From: Candidatus Dormiibacterota bacterium
GTDB lineage: Bacteria > Chloroflexota > Dormibacteria > Dormibacterales > Dormibacteraceae
Assembly: GCA_036495195.1 (NCBI GenBank)
Contig: DASXNH010000025.1
Span: 17,524-81,523 of the forward strand
Reading direction: 5' to 3'
Length of the DNA stretch: 64,000 bases
Part shown: positions 35,991 through 44,741 of the stretch, piece by piece
Position numbering within the stretch: position 1 is the first letter of the stretch
Layout: every line of letters begins with the position of its first letter
Translations under genes and position numbers: made by a program
Notes under the pieces: model-generated
Databases searched by the model: none
The model's input: only the letters and a program-made list of their open reading frames with translations
What the model was told of the DNA's origin: nothing

Positions 35991-36976
35991 TCGAGAAGAA
36001 ATGTCTCAATCGCAAGACGCGGACTGACGTTCTGCTCCAGGTACCCCAGCGTGTCGTAGGACAGTTCGACCAGGCGCGCCCACCGACCCTGTTCGGCCCC
36101 CTTGCTCCCGAGCATCCGCCGTCGCAGCTCGATCTGCCAGCTCGCGATCGCGAACAGCGCCGGATCTTCGTGATCGCCCTCGCTTCGGCGCCAAGCCATC
36201 TGGCTTCCGTCCAGCTCCGCCGCCACCTGAAGCGGCACATCGGACGGGGCGCCGAACACCTCTTCCAACCGGCGAGTCCACTCACGGTGGTGGTGGATCA
36301 CGCTGTCGTCCCCGGCGACCTTGAGGGCCCAGCCCGGACGCCCGCGGGCGAGGTTCGCCAACACCTGGGCACGCTCGGCATCGAGGCCGTGGGCCCGCAA
36401 CAGCTTCTCGATCTCGGCGGCGGGTACCGGGTGGAAGAACACCCGCTGGCACCGCGAAACGACGGTCGGAAGCACGACGAATGGGTTGAGGCTGGGGCTG
36501 GTCAGGACGATGACGCGATTCGGGTGCGGCTCCTCCAGCGTTTTCAGCAAGACGCCCTGGTCCTGGTCTCGCAGGCGGCCGACGTTGGCGACCAATGCAA
36601 CTCTGCGCGCCCCGACTGCGGGCTTCAGGTTGAGGAATGCCTGGAGCGAGAGCTCGTGATATTCGGGAGCCTTGTCTGGAAGCAGCCGGATCTCGTTGAT
36701 CGACAGCGGCTTGATCCGGTCGTCCTCCCAGTAGTCAGGGTGCCGGTGCAGTGGCGCCTCGGGCAAGAGCGCGCCGCCCAGCAACCTGGCTGCGGTCGAT
36801 TTGCCGAGGCCGGCCTCGCCAACGAAAAGATATGCGTGCGCCAACCGCCCGGAGCTGATTTGCGAGCGCAGCTGGTCGAGAGCCTGGCCGTGGCCGACCA
36901 TCTCCGAGAACAGAAGGCGGGTGCTCTGGGAACTGGCTCCGCCAGGCCCGCCGCCCTCAGGGGCCGACGTCGCCAC
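35972..36976 (-). CDS. holB: DNA polymerase III subunit delta'
   Basis: HAYLFVGEAGLGKST Walker A-like motif, NALLKTLEEP-like LLKTLEEP and SRCQ motifs. Confidence 0.85.
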   Translation of the reverse strand: MATSAPEGGGPGGASSQSTRLLFSEMVGHGQALDQLRSQISSGRLAHAYLFVGEAGLGKSTAARLLGGALLPEAPLHRHPDYWEDDRIKPLSINEIRLLPDKAPEYHELSLQAFLNLKPAVGARRVALVANVGRLRDQDQGVLLKTLEEPHPNRVIVLTSPSLNPFVVLPTVVSRCQRVFFHPVPAAEIEKLLRAHGLDAERAQVLANLARGRPGWALKVAGDDSVIHHHREWTRRLEEVFGAPSDVPLQVAAELDGSQMAWRRSEGDHEDPALFAIASWQIELRRRMLGSKGAEQGRWARLVELSYDTLGYLEQNVSPRLAIETFLLECRKAS

Positions 36977-36985
36977 TCAAATCGC

Positions 36986-37639
36986 TCACGGAGTAACTGT
37001 ATTGCCCCGATTGGGTGCAGCCGCCTCGCGCTCGATGGCAAGCCGCTGGGCCCGGCCTTGCAGCCACACCTCGCGGATGCGCTGCAGCGCTGTGAAGTTC
37101 GTGAGAATTGCGAGCAGGGCGACGACCCCGTAAAGAACCACGCCACCGAAGATGAGGCCGATCACCGTCACCACCACCCGCTCTGGTCGGGCGAACAGGC
37201 CCGAGTCGCAAACGAAGCCGAGGCTCTGAGCCCGAGCTCGCACGTAGCTGACCAGGAACGAACCGGCCAGAGCGGCAACCGTGCCCAGCAGCAGCCAGCG
37301 CTGATAAGGACCAGGAGTGCCGGCGAAGTAGACGGCGAGTCCGACGTAGATGGACCCTTCCGAGTAGCGGTCCAGGGTTGAGTCCAGGAAGGCCCCATAC
37401 GGATAGGCGCGACCCGTCGACCGGGCGAGCGCGCCGTCGAGGATGTCGAAGGTCCCGCCGACGATCAGGACCATCCCCGCCCACCGCAGGTAGCCGAACG
37501 CAACGAGGACGGCCGCAGCGAATGTCAGCGCCACCCCAATCACGGTGATCTGGTTGGGCGTGATCGGTATGCGCCCGATAGCGGTCATCAGCGCCTCGGC
37601 ACGCCGACGGACCCAGGCCTCAAACCGCGTCGTGAACAT
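36986..37639 (-). CDS. pgsA: CDP-alcohol phosphatidyltransferase (phosphatidylinositol-phosphate synthase-like)
   Basis: The D(x2)DGxxAR...D(x3)D motif is visible (FDILDGALARSTGR ... LDSTLDR). Polytopic. Its context next to pimA matches the mycobacterial pgsA1 operon. Confidence 0.85.
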   Translation of the reverse strand: MFTTRFEAWVRRRAEALMTAIGRIPITPNQITVIGVALTFAAAVLVAFGYLRWAGMVLIVGGTFDILDGALARSTGRAYPYGAFLDSTLDRYSEGSIYVGLAVYFAGTPGPYQRWLLLGTVAALAGSFLVSYVRARAQSLGFVCDSGLFARPERVVVTVIGLIFGGVVLYGVVALLAILTNFTALQRIREVWLQGRAQRLAIEREAAAPNRGNTVTP

Positions 37640-38804
37640 TTATCTCCTCGCTTGGCGCGCCCTGCGGCTCGCGGGCGGCAGACGCTTCGCGCGCCTCCCG
37701 CGCCTCCTCGTACACCGCCAGGATCTGGGCGGCGACGACATCCCATCCAAACCGGCTTGCCTTCTCGCGGCCGTACGCGCCCATCCGGCCGCGAAGCTCA
37801 GCGTCGCGGGCGAGGATGATCAGCGCCGAGCCCAACTCGGCCCAGCCTTTCGGCTGAACTGTGAGGCTGTCGCGCCCGGGCTCGAGCACCGACATGTAGC
37901 CTTCGACCTCGGTCGCGACGACAGGAAGGCCGGATGCGAGCGCCTCCAGCAGCACTATCCCAAAGCTCTCGGCGCCAGTGGCCGGAGCGCAGAAGATGTC
38001 TGCGCTGCAGTAATAGCGCGGCAGGACTGAGTCGGGCACGTAGCCCGCCATGACGACGTTGGGCACCCGATGCCTCGAGATGTACGACTCCACCTGGCCG
38101 CGTAAAGGGCCGTCGCCGACCACGATCAGGCGGCTCTTCGGCACGCGCGCCTGCATGAACTCGTACGCGCGAAGAAGATCTCCGAGTCCCTTCCGCTTTT
38201 CCAGGCGGCCGACAAAAAGGATGTTGATGTGGTCATCGCGCAGGTGGCGGATGGGAGCCAATCCCGGCTTGAATGCGTTGACGTCGATGCCGTTGGGGAT
38301 GACTCGCACCGGGAAGTCCGGAAAGTACTGGTGCAGGAAAGCGCGCGCAGGCTCGCTGACGGCGATGCCGCGATGCAGATAGGCGAGATACGGCTCGAGC
38401 CAGCGACGCCCGTAGTAGTAGCCGATGTTCGAGCGAGCAAAGGCATGGAACGTGCCCACGTTCGTGGTCCTCGACATCTTGAGCATCGTCATCGGCAGCG
38501 CCGGCATCAGCGGCTCGTGGAAGTGGAGAACGTCGAAATGCTCCTTCTCCACGATCGCCGCCACCGCGTCCGCAAGATGAAAGCTGAGCGTGATCCGCGC
38601 CACGGAATCGTTGACTGGTATGGCAATCGGGCTGCCGATTCGGTAGAAGCGCGCGGTGTCGAAATCAACGTCGGCGCGGCTTGACGGCGCGAAGATGCGT
38701 GCTTCATGGCCGAGCCGCCGCAATTGGCGCGCCAGGTGGCGAACATGGTCGTTTACGCCGCCCGCGGTGGCGAAGTCGTAAGGCGAAACGAGGCCGATTC
38801 TCAT
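37620..38804 (-). CDS. pimA: GT4 glycosyltransferase, PimA-like phosphatidylinositol mannosyltransferase
   Basis: From ATG 38804: MRIGLVSPYDFATAGGVNDHVRHLARQL, close to the mycobacterial PimA N-terminus as I recall it. An E(x7)E-type GT4 C-terminal half is present. Confidence 0.85.
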   Translation of the reverse strand: MRIGLVSPYDFATAGGVNDHVRHLARQLRRLGHEARIFAPSSRADVDFDTARFYRIGSPIAIPVNDSVARITLSFHLADAVAAIVEKEHFDVLHFHEPLMPALPMTMLKMSRTTNVGTFHAFARSNIGYYYGRRWLEPYLAYLHRGIAVSEPARAFLHQYFPDFPVRVIPNGIDVNAFKPGLAPIRHLRDDHINILFVGRLEKRKGLGDLLRAYEFMQARVPKSRLIVVGDGPLRGQVESYISRHRVPNVVMAGYVPDSVLPRYYCSADIFCAPATGAESFGIVLLEALASGLPVVATEVEGYMSVLEPGRDSLTVQPKGWAELGSALIILARDAELRGRMGAYGREKASRFGWDVVAAQILAVYEEAREAREASAAREPQGAPSEEINVHDAV

Positions 38805-38814
38805 GGGGCGCTCA

Positions 38815-39681
38815 CTAAGGTGACTCGGCCCAGATGCGATGGGGCACATGCCACTGCTCCGGGTGCCTTCGAATGAAGTCCTCGATGTGTCGCAAGAGCT
38901 GCTGGGTCACGCGGATCTCGTCCGCCCTCCGGTCGCCGGTGTTTTCCGCGATCACATGTGGGGCCGCTTCCGCCATGAAAGTGTCGTCCGGCAGTCGGTA
39001 AACGCAGACGGGGAGCAGCGGCGTTCCGAACCTCAGCGCGATCGATGCGGTGCCGAGGGGTATCGGCGCCGGCCGGCCGAAGAACGGCATCAGGTGTCCG
39101 GTGCCAATGATGTCGCGGTCGATGGCGGTGATCACCATCTCCTTCTCGTGCAGGGCCTGGGTGACCTTGCGGATGCCGCTCACCGTGAGGCTCAGCACGC
39201 TGATCCCAAGCCGGGCGCGCGTGTCCCGATACCACTCGAAGAGGGCCCTCGGCTCCAGCTCCTCGGCAAAGAAGCTGACCGGCGACAACGTGGCCGCCCA
39301 GATCGCGGACACGATCTCGTACGAGCCCATGTGGCAGGAGACCGCCATCACGCCCTTGCCCAGGGCACGAGCCGCCTCGAGGTTCTCCATTCCTTGGACC
39401 TGCAACAGCGGTCGCAACTCCGACACGCGAGTTCGCGGCAGCATCATCAGGTCGGCATATGCCTTCGAATGGTTTCGGAAGTTGAGCCACGTGGTTCGCC
39501 TGAGCTCGCGATCGCTCAGGTCCGGTCGGGCGACTCGCAGGTTGAACTGGAGGCGGGGGCGCGCCAACGGTGAGAACCAGAAAGCGAACCGTGCCGCGAA
39601 GACCGCGAGCGCATAGGCCGAAGATCGCGGCAGTCGCTCCACCATCGACTGCACGGCCTTGAACGCTCGGTAGCGCCACAC
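38815..39681 (-). CDS. LpxL/HtrB-family lysophospholipid/PIM acyltransferase (copy 2, PatA-like)
   Basis: 288 aa. The conserved layout includes CHMGSYE (the HX4-type motif region) and a C-terminal EDFIRRHPEQW. Confidence 0.8.
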   Translation of the reverse strand: MWRYRAFKAVQSMVERLPRSSAYALAVFAARFAFWFSPLARPRLQFNLRVARPDLSDRELRRTTWLNFRNHSKAYADLMMLPRTRVSELRPLLQVQGMENLEAARALGKGVMAVSCHMGSYEIVSAIWAATLSPVSFFAEELEPRALFEWYRDTRARLGISVLSLTVSGIRKVTQALHEKEMVITAIDRDIIGTGHLMPFFGRPAPIPLGTASIALRFGTPLLPVCVYRLPDDTFMAEAAPHVIAENTGDRRADEIRVTQQLLRHIEDFIRRHPEQWHVPHRIWAESP

Positions 39682-40596
39682 TCATCCCTCGTTCTTGAAC
39701 ATGGGCCGGAACGCATACCACTGGTCGGGGCGCGACTTGATGAACTCCTCGAACCGGCCGATGACCCTCTGCATGAGGCCCTCTTTGGTGGTGCCCGCGG
39801 GCCACGAGACGGCCGGATCGAGGTGCACGTGGTGGCGGCCAGGGGAAACCATGTACTGGTAGGCCGGCAGCAGCGCGGCGCCGGTCTTCAGCGCGATCGC
39901 GGCGGGGCCACCAGGTACGACCGCCGCTCGGCCGAAGAAGCGGACATCCACGCCGGGTCCCTGCTCGAGGTCGCAGAGAAGGGCAACGATGCTGTTGGCC
40001 TCCAGCGCCTGCGTGATCGATCGAACCGCGGCACGGCCCAGCATGATCACGTTCAGGCCGAACCGCCTTCTGGTTCGTACGACCGCGTCATTCAGCGAGC
40101 CCGGGAACCGTTCCGCCACCGCCGAGATTGGATAGCCGAGAGCACCGGCGTAAGCACCGGCCATGTCCCACGAACCCATGTGCGGCACGGCCATGATTGC
40201 GCCGCGGCCGCGGGCCAGCGCAGCGTCGAGATTCTCCCGGCCGTCCAAAGACATCCGCCTCAACAGCTCATCTGGGGTGAGGCTGCCGATGAGCATGAAG
40301 TCGATGAGCGTGCGGCCGTAGTTCTGAAAGGCGTGACGCGCCACGCGCGCGACCTCTGGATCGGAGCGATCACGGCCCAGGGCCGCGGCGTAGTTCTCGA
40401 GCGCGGATCGGCGCTGCCGGCCGCTGAGCCAGTACCAGGCGGTGCCGCCGGGAGCCGCGACGGCATGATTGAAACCAGGCGGAAACGCCCGCACGATTGC
40501 CGCACCTGCGCGATAACTAGCGCCGAGCAGCGGTGGTCGCCGGCCTCGCCCGCTTGACGCGGCGGACGCTACCGTTTGCCCCGGCCTTACCACCAT
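39682..40596 (-). CDS. LpxL/HtrB-family acyltransferase (copy 1, PatA-like)
   Basis: 304 aa, a paralogue of the next gene (PHMGSWD vs CHMGSYE; [12 protein letters not shown] vs EDFIRRHPEQW). The longest ORF overlaps the ino1 3' end by 80 nt, and an in-frame GTG at 40494 is an alternative start. Confidence 0.8.
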   Translation of the reverse strand: MVVRPGQTVASAASSGRGRRPPLLGASYRAGAAIVRAFPPGFNHAVAAPGGTAWYWLSGRQRRSALENYAAALGRDRSDPEVARVARHAFQNYGRTLIDFMLIGSLTPDELLRRMSLDGRENLDAALARGRGAIMAVPHMGSWDMAGAYAGALGYPISAVAERFPGSLNDAVVRTRRRFGLNVIMLGRAAVRSITQALEANSIVALLCDLEQGPGVDVRFFGRAAVVPGGPAAIALKTGAALLPAYQYMVSPGRHHVHLDPAVSWPAGTTKEGLMQRVIGRFEEFIKSRPDQWYAFRPMFKNEG

Positions 40597-41686
40597 CGAT
40601 GAACTCCTCCACTAGGCGCTTGGCGTCGTTGTCGCGGTATTGAACCGGCGGCGACTTCATGAAGTACGAGCTGGGACCTTCCAGCGCGCCTCCAATCCCG
40701 CGGTCGAGAGCGAGCTTGCAACAGCGAACGGCGTCGATGACGATGCCGGCCGAGTTGGGCGAGTCGTGGACCTCGAGCTTGAGCTCGACGTTCAAAGGGA
40801 CATCGCCGAAGCCCCGACCTTCCAGCCTGATGTAGGCCCATTTGCGATCGTGCAGCCAGGGCACGTAGTCAGAGGGGCCGATGTGAACGTTGTCGGCGCC
40901 GATGTCGTAATCCATCTGCGAGGTGACTGAGCGAGTCTTCGAGATCTTCTTCGACATCAACCGATCGCGCTCCAGCATGTTGAGGAAGTCGGTGTTGCCG
41001 CCAAAGTTGAGCTGGTAGGTGCGCTCCAGCTTCACGCCACGGTCGGTGAAGAGCCTTGTGAGGACGCGATGCATGATCGTGGCTCCCACCTGCGATTTGA
41101 TGTCATCGCCGATGATCGGGAGCTTCTTGTCCTCGAATCGCTTTTGCCAGTAGGGCTCTCGCGCGATGAAGACGGGGATGCAGTTCACCACGGCGACGCC
41201 CGCCTGGAGGGCCTGCTCGACGTACCACTTGGTCGCCTCTTCAGAGCCGACGGGTAGGTAGCTGACCAGCACGTCGGCCTTGGACTTCTTGAGGATCCCC
41301 ACGACGTCCGCGGTTTCGCCCGGCGCCTTCTTGACGACGTCCGCGAGGTACTTGCCGATGCCGTCGTGGGTCATACCGCGCTCGACCTTGACGTCGAGCT
41401 TGGGCACCTCGGAAAACTTCACGGTGTTGTTGGGGCCGGCAAAGATGGCCTTCGACAGGTCGAGCCCGACCTTCTTCTTGTCGATGTCGAAGGCGGCGAC
41501 GAACTCAATGTCGCTGACGTGGTAGCCGCCCAGGTCGACGTGCATCAGCCCCGGCACGAAGTCCGTAGGCGACGCGTTGCGGTAGTACTGCACGCCCTGG
41601 ACGAAGGAGGAGGCGCAGTTGCCGACCCCTACTATCGCGACGCGTACCTTGCCATTCGTGTGGCCATTCTTGCGGCCGTTCTTCAT
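40517..41686 (-). CDS. ino1: myo-inositol-1-phosphate synthase
   Basis: [19 protein letters not shown]-binding N-terminus, plus SYLPVGSE and the GGNTDF region typical of bacterial and archaeal Ino1. Confidence 0.92.
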   Translation of the reverse strand: MKNGRKNGHTNGKVRVAIVGVGNCASSFVQGVQYYRNASPTDFVPGLMHVDLGGYHVSDIEFVAAFDIDKKKVGLDLSKAIFAGPNNTVKFSEVPKLDVKVERGMTHDGIGKYLADVVKKAPGETADVVGILKKSKADVLVSYLPVGSEEATKWYVEQALQAGVAVVNCIPVFIAREPYWQKRFEDKKLPIIGDDIKSQVGATIMHRVLTRLFTDRGVKLERTYQLNFGGNTDFLNMLERDRLMSKKISKTRSVTSQMDYDIGADNVHIGPSDYVPWLHDRKWAYIRLEGRGFGDVPLNVELKLEVHDSPNSAGIVIDAVRCCKLALDRGIGGALEGPSSYFMKSPPVQYRDNDAKRLVEEFIDGGKAGANGSVRRVKRARPATTAARR

Positions 41687-42003
41687 GCCCCAACCTCCGT
41701 GCGAACTTTGCGTTCTCTGATTCCAAGCAATTCTTCTAGATGCCGCCGCTCACGGGCGATGTTCTCGACGTCAAGGGAGCAGTAGACCTGGCGCCCTTCG
41801 CGACGGGTGCGGATGACGCCGCCCACGCGCAGCATCCGCAGGTGCCAGGAGATCCGAGGCTGGCTCATGCGGAGGTGGAGGGCGAGGTCGTTGACGTTCT
41901 CCTCCCCGACCTCGCCCAGGCGCTGCAGGATGCGCAGGCGGGTGGGGTTGGCGAAGGCCAAAAAGTGATCGGGAAGCTCGTGACGCTGGGTGGGCAGAAA
42001 CAT
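41683..42003 (-). CDS. ArsR/SmtB family transcriptional regulator
   Basis: 106 aa. [11 protein letters not shown]...[20 protein letters not shown] is a wHTH. It overlaps ino1 by 4 nt. Confidence 0.9.
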   Translation of the reverse strand: MFLPTQRHELPDHFLAFANPTRLRILQRLGEVGEENVNDLALHLRMSQPRISWHLRMLRVGGVIRTRREGRQVYCSLDVENIARERRHLEELLGIRERKVRTEVGA

Positions 42004-42033
42004 AAAGCTTGCTTTATGAGTCTAATGCATAAA
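42001..42033 (-). promoter_or_regulatory. candidate ArsR operator: CATAAAGC-TT-GCTTTATG palindrome plus a third CATAAA half-site
   Basis: Perfect 8+8 inverted repeat at 42001-42018, which includes the arsR ATG. TTTATG (42013-18) and CATAAA (42028-33) form a second inverted pair. The segment is AT-rich within a GC-rich genome. Confidence 0.5.
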
Positions 42034-42227
42034 GGGTCCGTTATGCGTCGGGAGCCAGCATCAGCGTTAGTTGATCGTCTTGCTTGATGTGCACAGGAAG
42101 CCGGCGCCATACGGGCTGCGATCGACCAGCTCACACGTCACCGGACCGCTGTAAGTACACGACGTTGAGCTAGGCCATACGAAGGAGAGAGCCATCGAAC
42201 CGTCGACGCCCTCACTTGACTGTTGGA

Positions 42228-43019
42228 TTAGCACGAGAAGGTCTTCGTTATGGCCACCGAGGCTGGCGCCGACGAGCACCTGTAGTTGGCGCTGCACGGA
42301 CTCGGGTCCACGAGCACCAGAGTCGCAACGATGGAAAAAGAGTTGCACTGATCTGCGATCGAAATAGTTACGACACCGCCTTTGGCGGTGATGGTCGAGC
42401 CCGGCGGGAGCGGTGGATCTCCTGCTCTTAGCGTGACCATGATCTTTGGCGTGGCGTTGGAGGCGCCTCCGATGTATGGCAGCCTCGTCGTGCATCCGCT
42501 GCCCGTGTCCGAGCATTTCCCACTGGTCGTGGTGAACGCGATTTGTCGAAACACGATGATCGACGTTGGTACGCCCGCCGCCCCGCCTGCGAAATCGTCC
42601 ACTCGAACCACAAATGAGAATGTGCCCGGCGCGGTCGGCTTGCCTGTCGCTATGCCCTTTGAGGACAGCGTGACCCCGCCCGGCAAGGCCCCTGACGAGA
42701 TCGACCACTTGTACGGCTTCACCCCGCCGGCCGCCACCAGGGTGACGGTTCCATAGTTGAGTCCGACCTCTCCCATGTGGAAGGGGACGGTCCTGATGAT
42801 CAGCTTCGTCGGACTTGGCGAGGCCGCCGCCGTCGGGGAGGTGACCGGCGACGGAGAGTCCGACGGTGTTGCCTCGGCGCTTGGGGTGGTGGCGACTGTT
42901 GGCGTTACCTCAGGGGAGGCCGTCGCCTGAGGTGTCTGGGTACAGCCGGCCAAGACTAAAACCATACCCGCGACCCATGCCGCGGGGACGACACCACTCC
43001 TCACCAGGCTCTGACGCAC
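42228..43019 (-). CDS. lipoprotein with Pro/Thr/Ser linker and putative Ig-like (He_PIG-type) domain; likely frame-broken at its 3' end
   Basis: From GTG 43019: (M)RQSLVRSGVVPAAWVAGMVLVLAGC, a signal peptide plus lipobox. GVKPYKWSISSGALPGGVTLSSKGIATGKPTAPGTFSFVV matches the 'putative Ig' motif. The 400-aa tracked ORF N-terminus is non-protein-like. Confidence 0.7.
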   Translation of the reverse strand: MRQSLVRSGVVPAAWVAGMVLVLAGCTQTPQATASPEVTPTVATTPSAEATPSDSPSPVTSPTAAASPSPTKLIIRTVPFHMGEVGLNYGTVTLVAAGGVKPYKWSISSGALPGGVTLSSKGIATGKPTAPGTFSFVVRVDDFAGGAAGVPTSIIVFRQIAFTTTSGKCSDTGSGCTTRLPYIGGASNATPKIMVTLRAGDPPLPPGSTITAKGGVVTISIADQCNSFSIVATLVLVDPSPCSANYRCSSAPASVAITKTFSC

Positions 43020-43093
43020 GTTATGCGCCGCAAATTGTATGGCGCGCCCGGGTGATCCAGGGCTTCCTGGCCAAACAAATTCCGGGCGGCCGC

Positions 43094-43666
43094 TCAGTTG
43101 TGGCGGACCAGGTCCAGGAACTCGGAGCGGGTGCGCGCGTCCTTGCGAAACGTGCCCAGCATGCACGAGGTGATCAGCTGCCCGCCCGGCTTCTGCACCC
43201 CTCGCATCTCCATGCACAGGTGGCGGGCCTCGACCACCACCCCGACGCCGCGTGGCGCCAGCTCTTCGTTCAACGCCCCGGCGATCTCCTGGGTCAGCCG
43301 CTCCTGCAGCTGGAGCCGGTGGGCAAACACGCCCACGAGGCGAGGGATTTTGCTGAGGCCGACGACCTTTCCCTTCGGCAGGTAGCCGACGTGGCAGGTG
43401 CCGAAGAACGGAAGCATGTGGTGCTCGCAAAGGCTGTAGAAAGGAATGTCCTTCACCACCACCATCTCGTCGTAGTCCTGGTCGAAGATCGCACCCGCGA
43501 TGACGTCGGCCGGCCGCACGCCGTACCCGTCGGTCAGCTCCCGCATCGCTCGCGTCACCCGATCTGGCGTTGCCCGCAAGCCCTGGCGACTTGGGTCCTC
43601 CCCAAGCTCGGAGAGCATCTGCTCGACCAGCTCGGGCATCCGATCCACGGGCCTCGCCTTCGCCAT
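43094..43666 (-). CDS. folE: GTP cyclohydrolase I
   Basis: From ATG 43666: the LCEHHMLPFFG and HRLQLQERLT motifs are present. GAGGA lies 7 nt upstream. Confidence 0.92.
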   Translation of the reverse strand: MAKARPVDRMPELVEQMLSELGEDPSRQGLRATPDRVTRAMRELTDGYGVRPADVIAGAIFDQDYDEMVVVKDIPFYSLCEHHMLPFFGTCHVGYLPKGKVVGLSKIPRLVGVFAHRLQLQERLTQEIAGALNEELAPRGVGVVVEARHLCMEMRGVQKPGGQLITSCMLGTFRKDARTRSEFLDLVRHN

Positions 43667-43691
43667 GCCCGCATCCTCACACAATTGACAG

Positions 43692-44699
43692 GTGGACGCG
43701 GTCGAGCCGGCGCAGGTGCTCTCGGAGATCGGATACCTGCTGCGGCAAAACGAAGCTGAACGTTTTCGAGCCAAGGCTTTCGCCGCGGCCGCCTGGTCGA
43801 TTGTGATCTCGCGACCTGACCTGGAGGCGCTTCACAGAGAGAACGCGCTCACCACCATTGAAGGCGTCGGGCCCGGCATCGCCAAAGTCCTGGCCGGCCT
43901 GATCGAAACCGGGCAGAGCACCTACCTCGAGCGGCTGCGGGCAGAGATGGGGCAGCCGGCTCGCGACGACGAGTCACAGATCGACCTGAGCCAATACAAA
44001 GGAGACGTGCACTCGCACACGAAATGGAGCGACGGCAAGGCGACGATGCTCGAAATGGCGCAAGGCGCCCAGGCGATGGGGTATCGCTACCTGGGAATCA
44101 CAGACCACTCGCCACGGATCGCTGTCGTTCACGGACTCGGCGCCGAGCGCCTCTTGGAGCAATCGCGCGAGATGGCCGAGGTCCAGTCGAAGACGCGGCA
44201 AGTGACATTGCTGCAGGGGATCGAGGTCGACATCCTCGAGGACGGCGCACTCGACCTTCCCGATGCCGTTCTCGAGTTGCTCGACATCGTCATCGCCTCG
44301 CCGCATGTGAAGCTCCGCCAGGAGCCGGCCGCCATGACCGAGCGCATGCTGCGCGCCGTTTCCAACCCTCACGTGGATGTGATCGGCCATCCCACCGGGC
44401 GGCGGCCAGGTTCGCGGCCGGGCGCCGACTACGACTTCGAGTTGGTTTTCAAAGAGGCTGCCAAGCGCAAGGTTGCGCTCGAGATCGATTGCGATCCCGC
44501 GCGCATGGATCTGTCACCCGAGATGGCGCGCCTCGCCCTCGAGTGCGGATGCAACTTCACCATGGACGCCGATGCGCACGCGCCGATTGAGTTCGCCTAC
44601 GTGCCGATGGCGGCCTGGATGGCGCGCCGGGCCGGTATTCCGCAGGATCGAATCCTCAACTTCCTCGATGTGGATGAGCTGACCACGGCGCTCCAGTGA
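43692..44699 (+). CDS. PolX-like protein: N-terminal 8-kDa/HhH module fused directly to a PHP phosphoesterase domain (no polymerase core)
   Basis: 335 aa. FRAKAFAAAAW...IEGVGPGIAKVL resembles the PolX N-terminal HhH. GDVHSHTKWSDG...ITDHSP...DAHAP are PHP metal motifs. GTG start, with a CACAAT hexamer ending 7 nt upstream. Confidence 0.85.
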   Translation: MDAVEPAQVLSEIGYLLRQNEAERFRAKAFAAAAWSIVISRPDLEALHRENALTTIEGVGPGIAKVLAGLIETGQSTYLERLRAEMGQPARDDESQIDLSQYKGDVHSHTKWSDGKATMLEMAQGAQAMGYRYLGITDHSPRIAVVHGLGAERLLEQSREMAEVQSKTRQVTLLQGIEVDILEDGALDLPDAVLELLDIVIASPHVKLRQEPAAMTERMLRAVSNPHVDVIGHPTGRRPGSRPGADYDFELVFKEAAKRKVALEIDCDPARMDLSPEMARLALECGCNFTMDADAHAPIEFAYVPMAAWMARRAGIPQDRILNFLDVDELTTALQ

Positions 44700-44741
44700 G
44701 GTGCTGCGCCGCCATCGAAGCGCGGATTACGATCAGCAGCG

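Noticed and set aside
38801-39805. 334-aa ORF on the minus strand overlapping the acyltransferase genes
   Set aside because: It is an out-of-frame Arg/Pro/Gly-rich translation. The other frame encodes a well-formed LpxL/HtrB-family protein.
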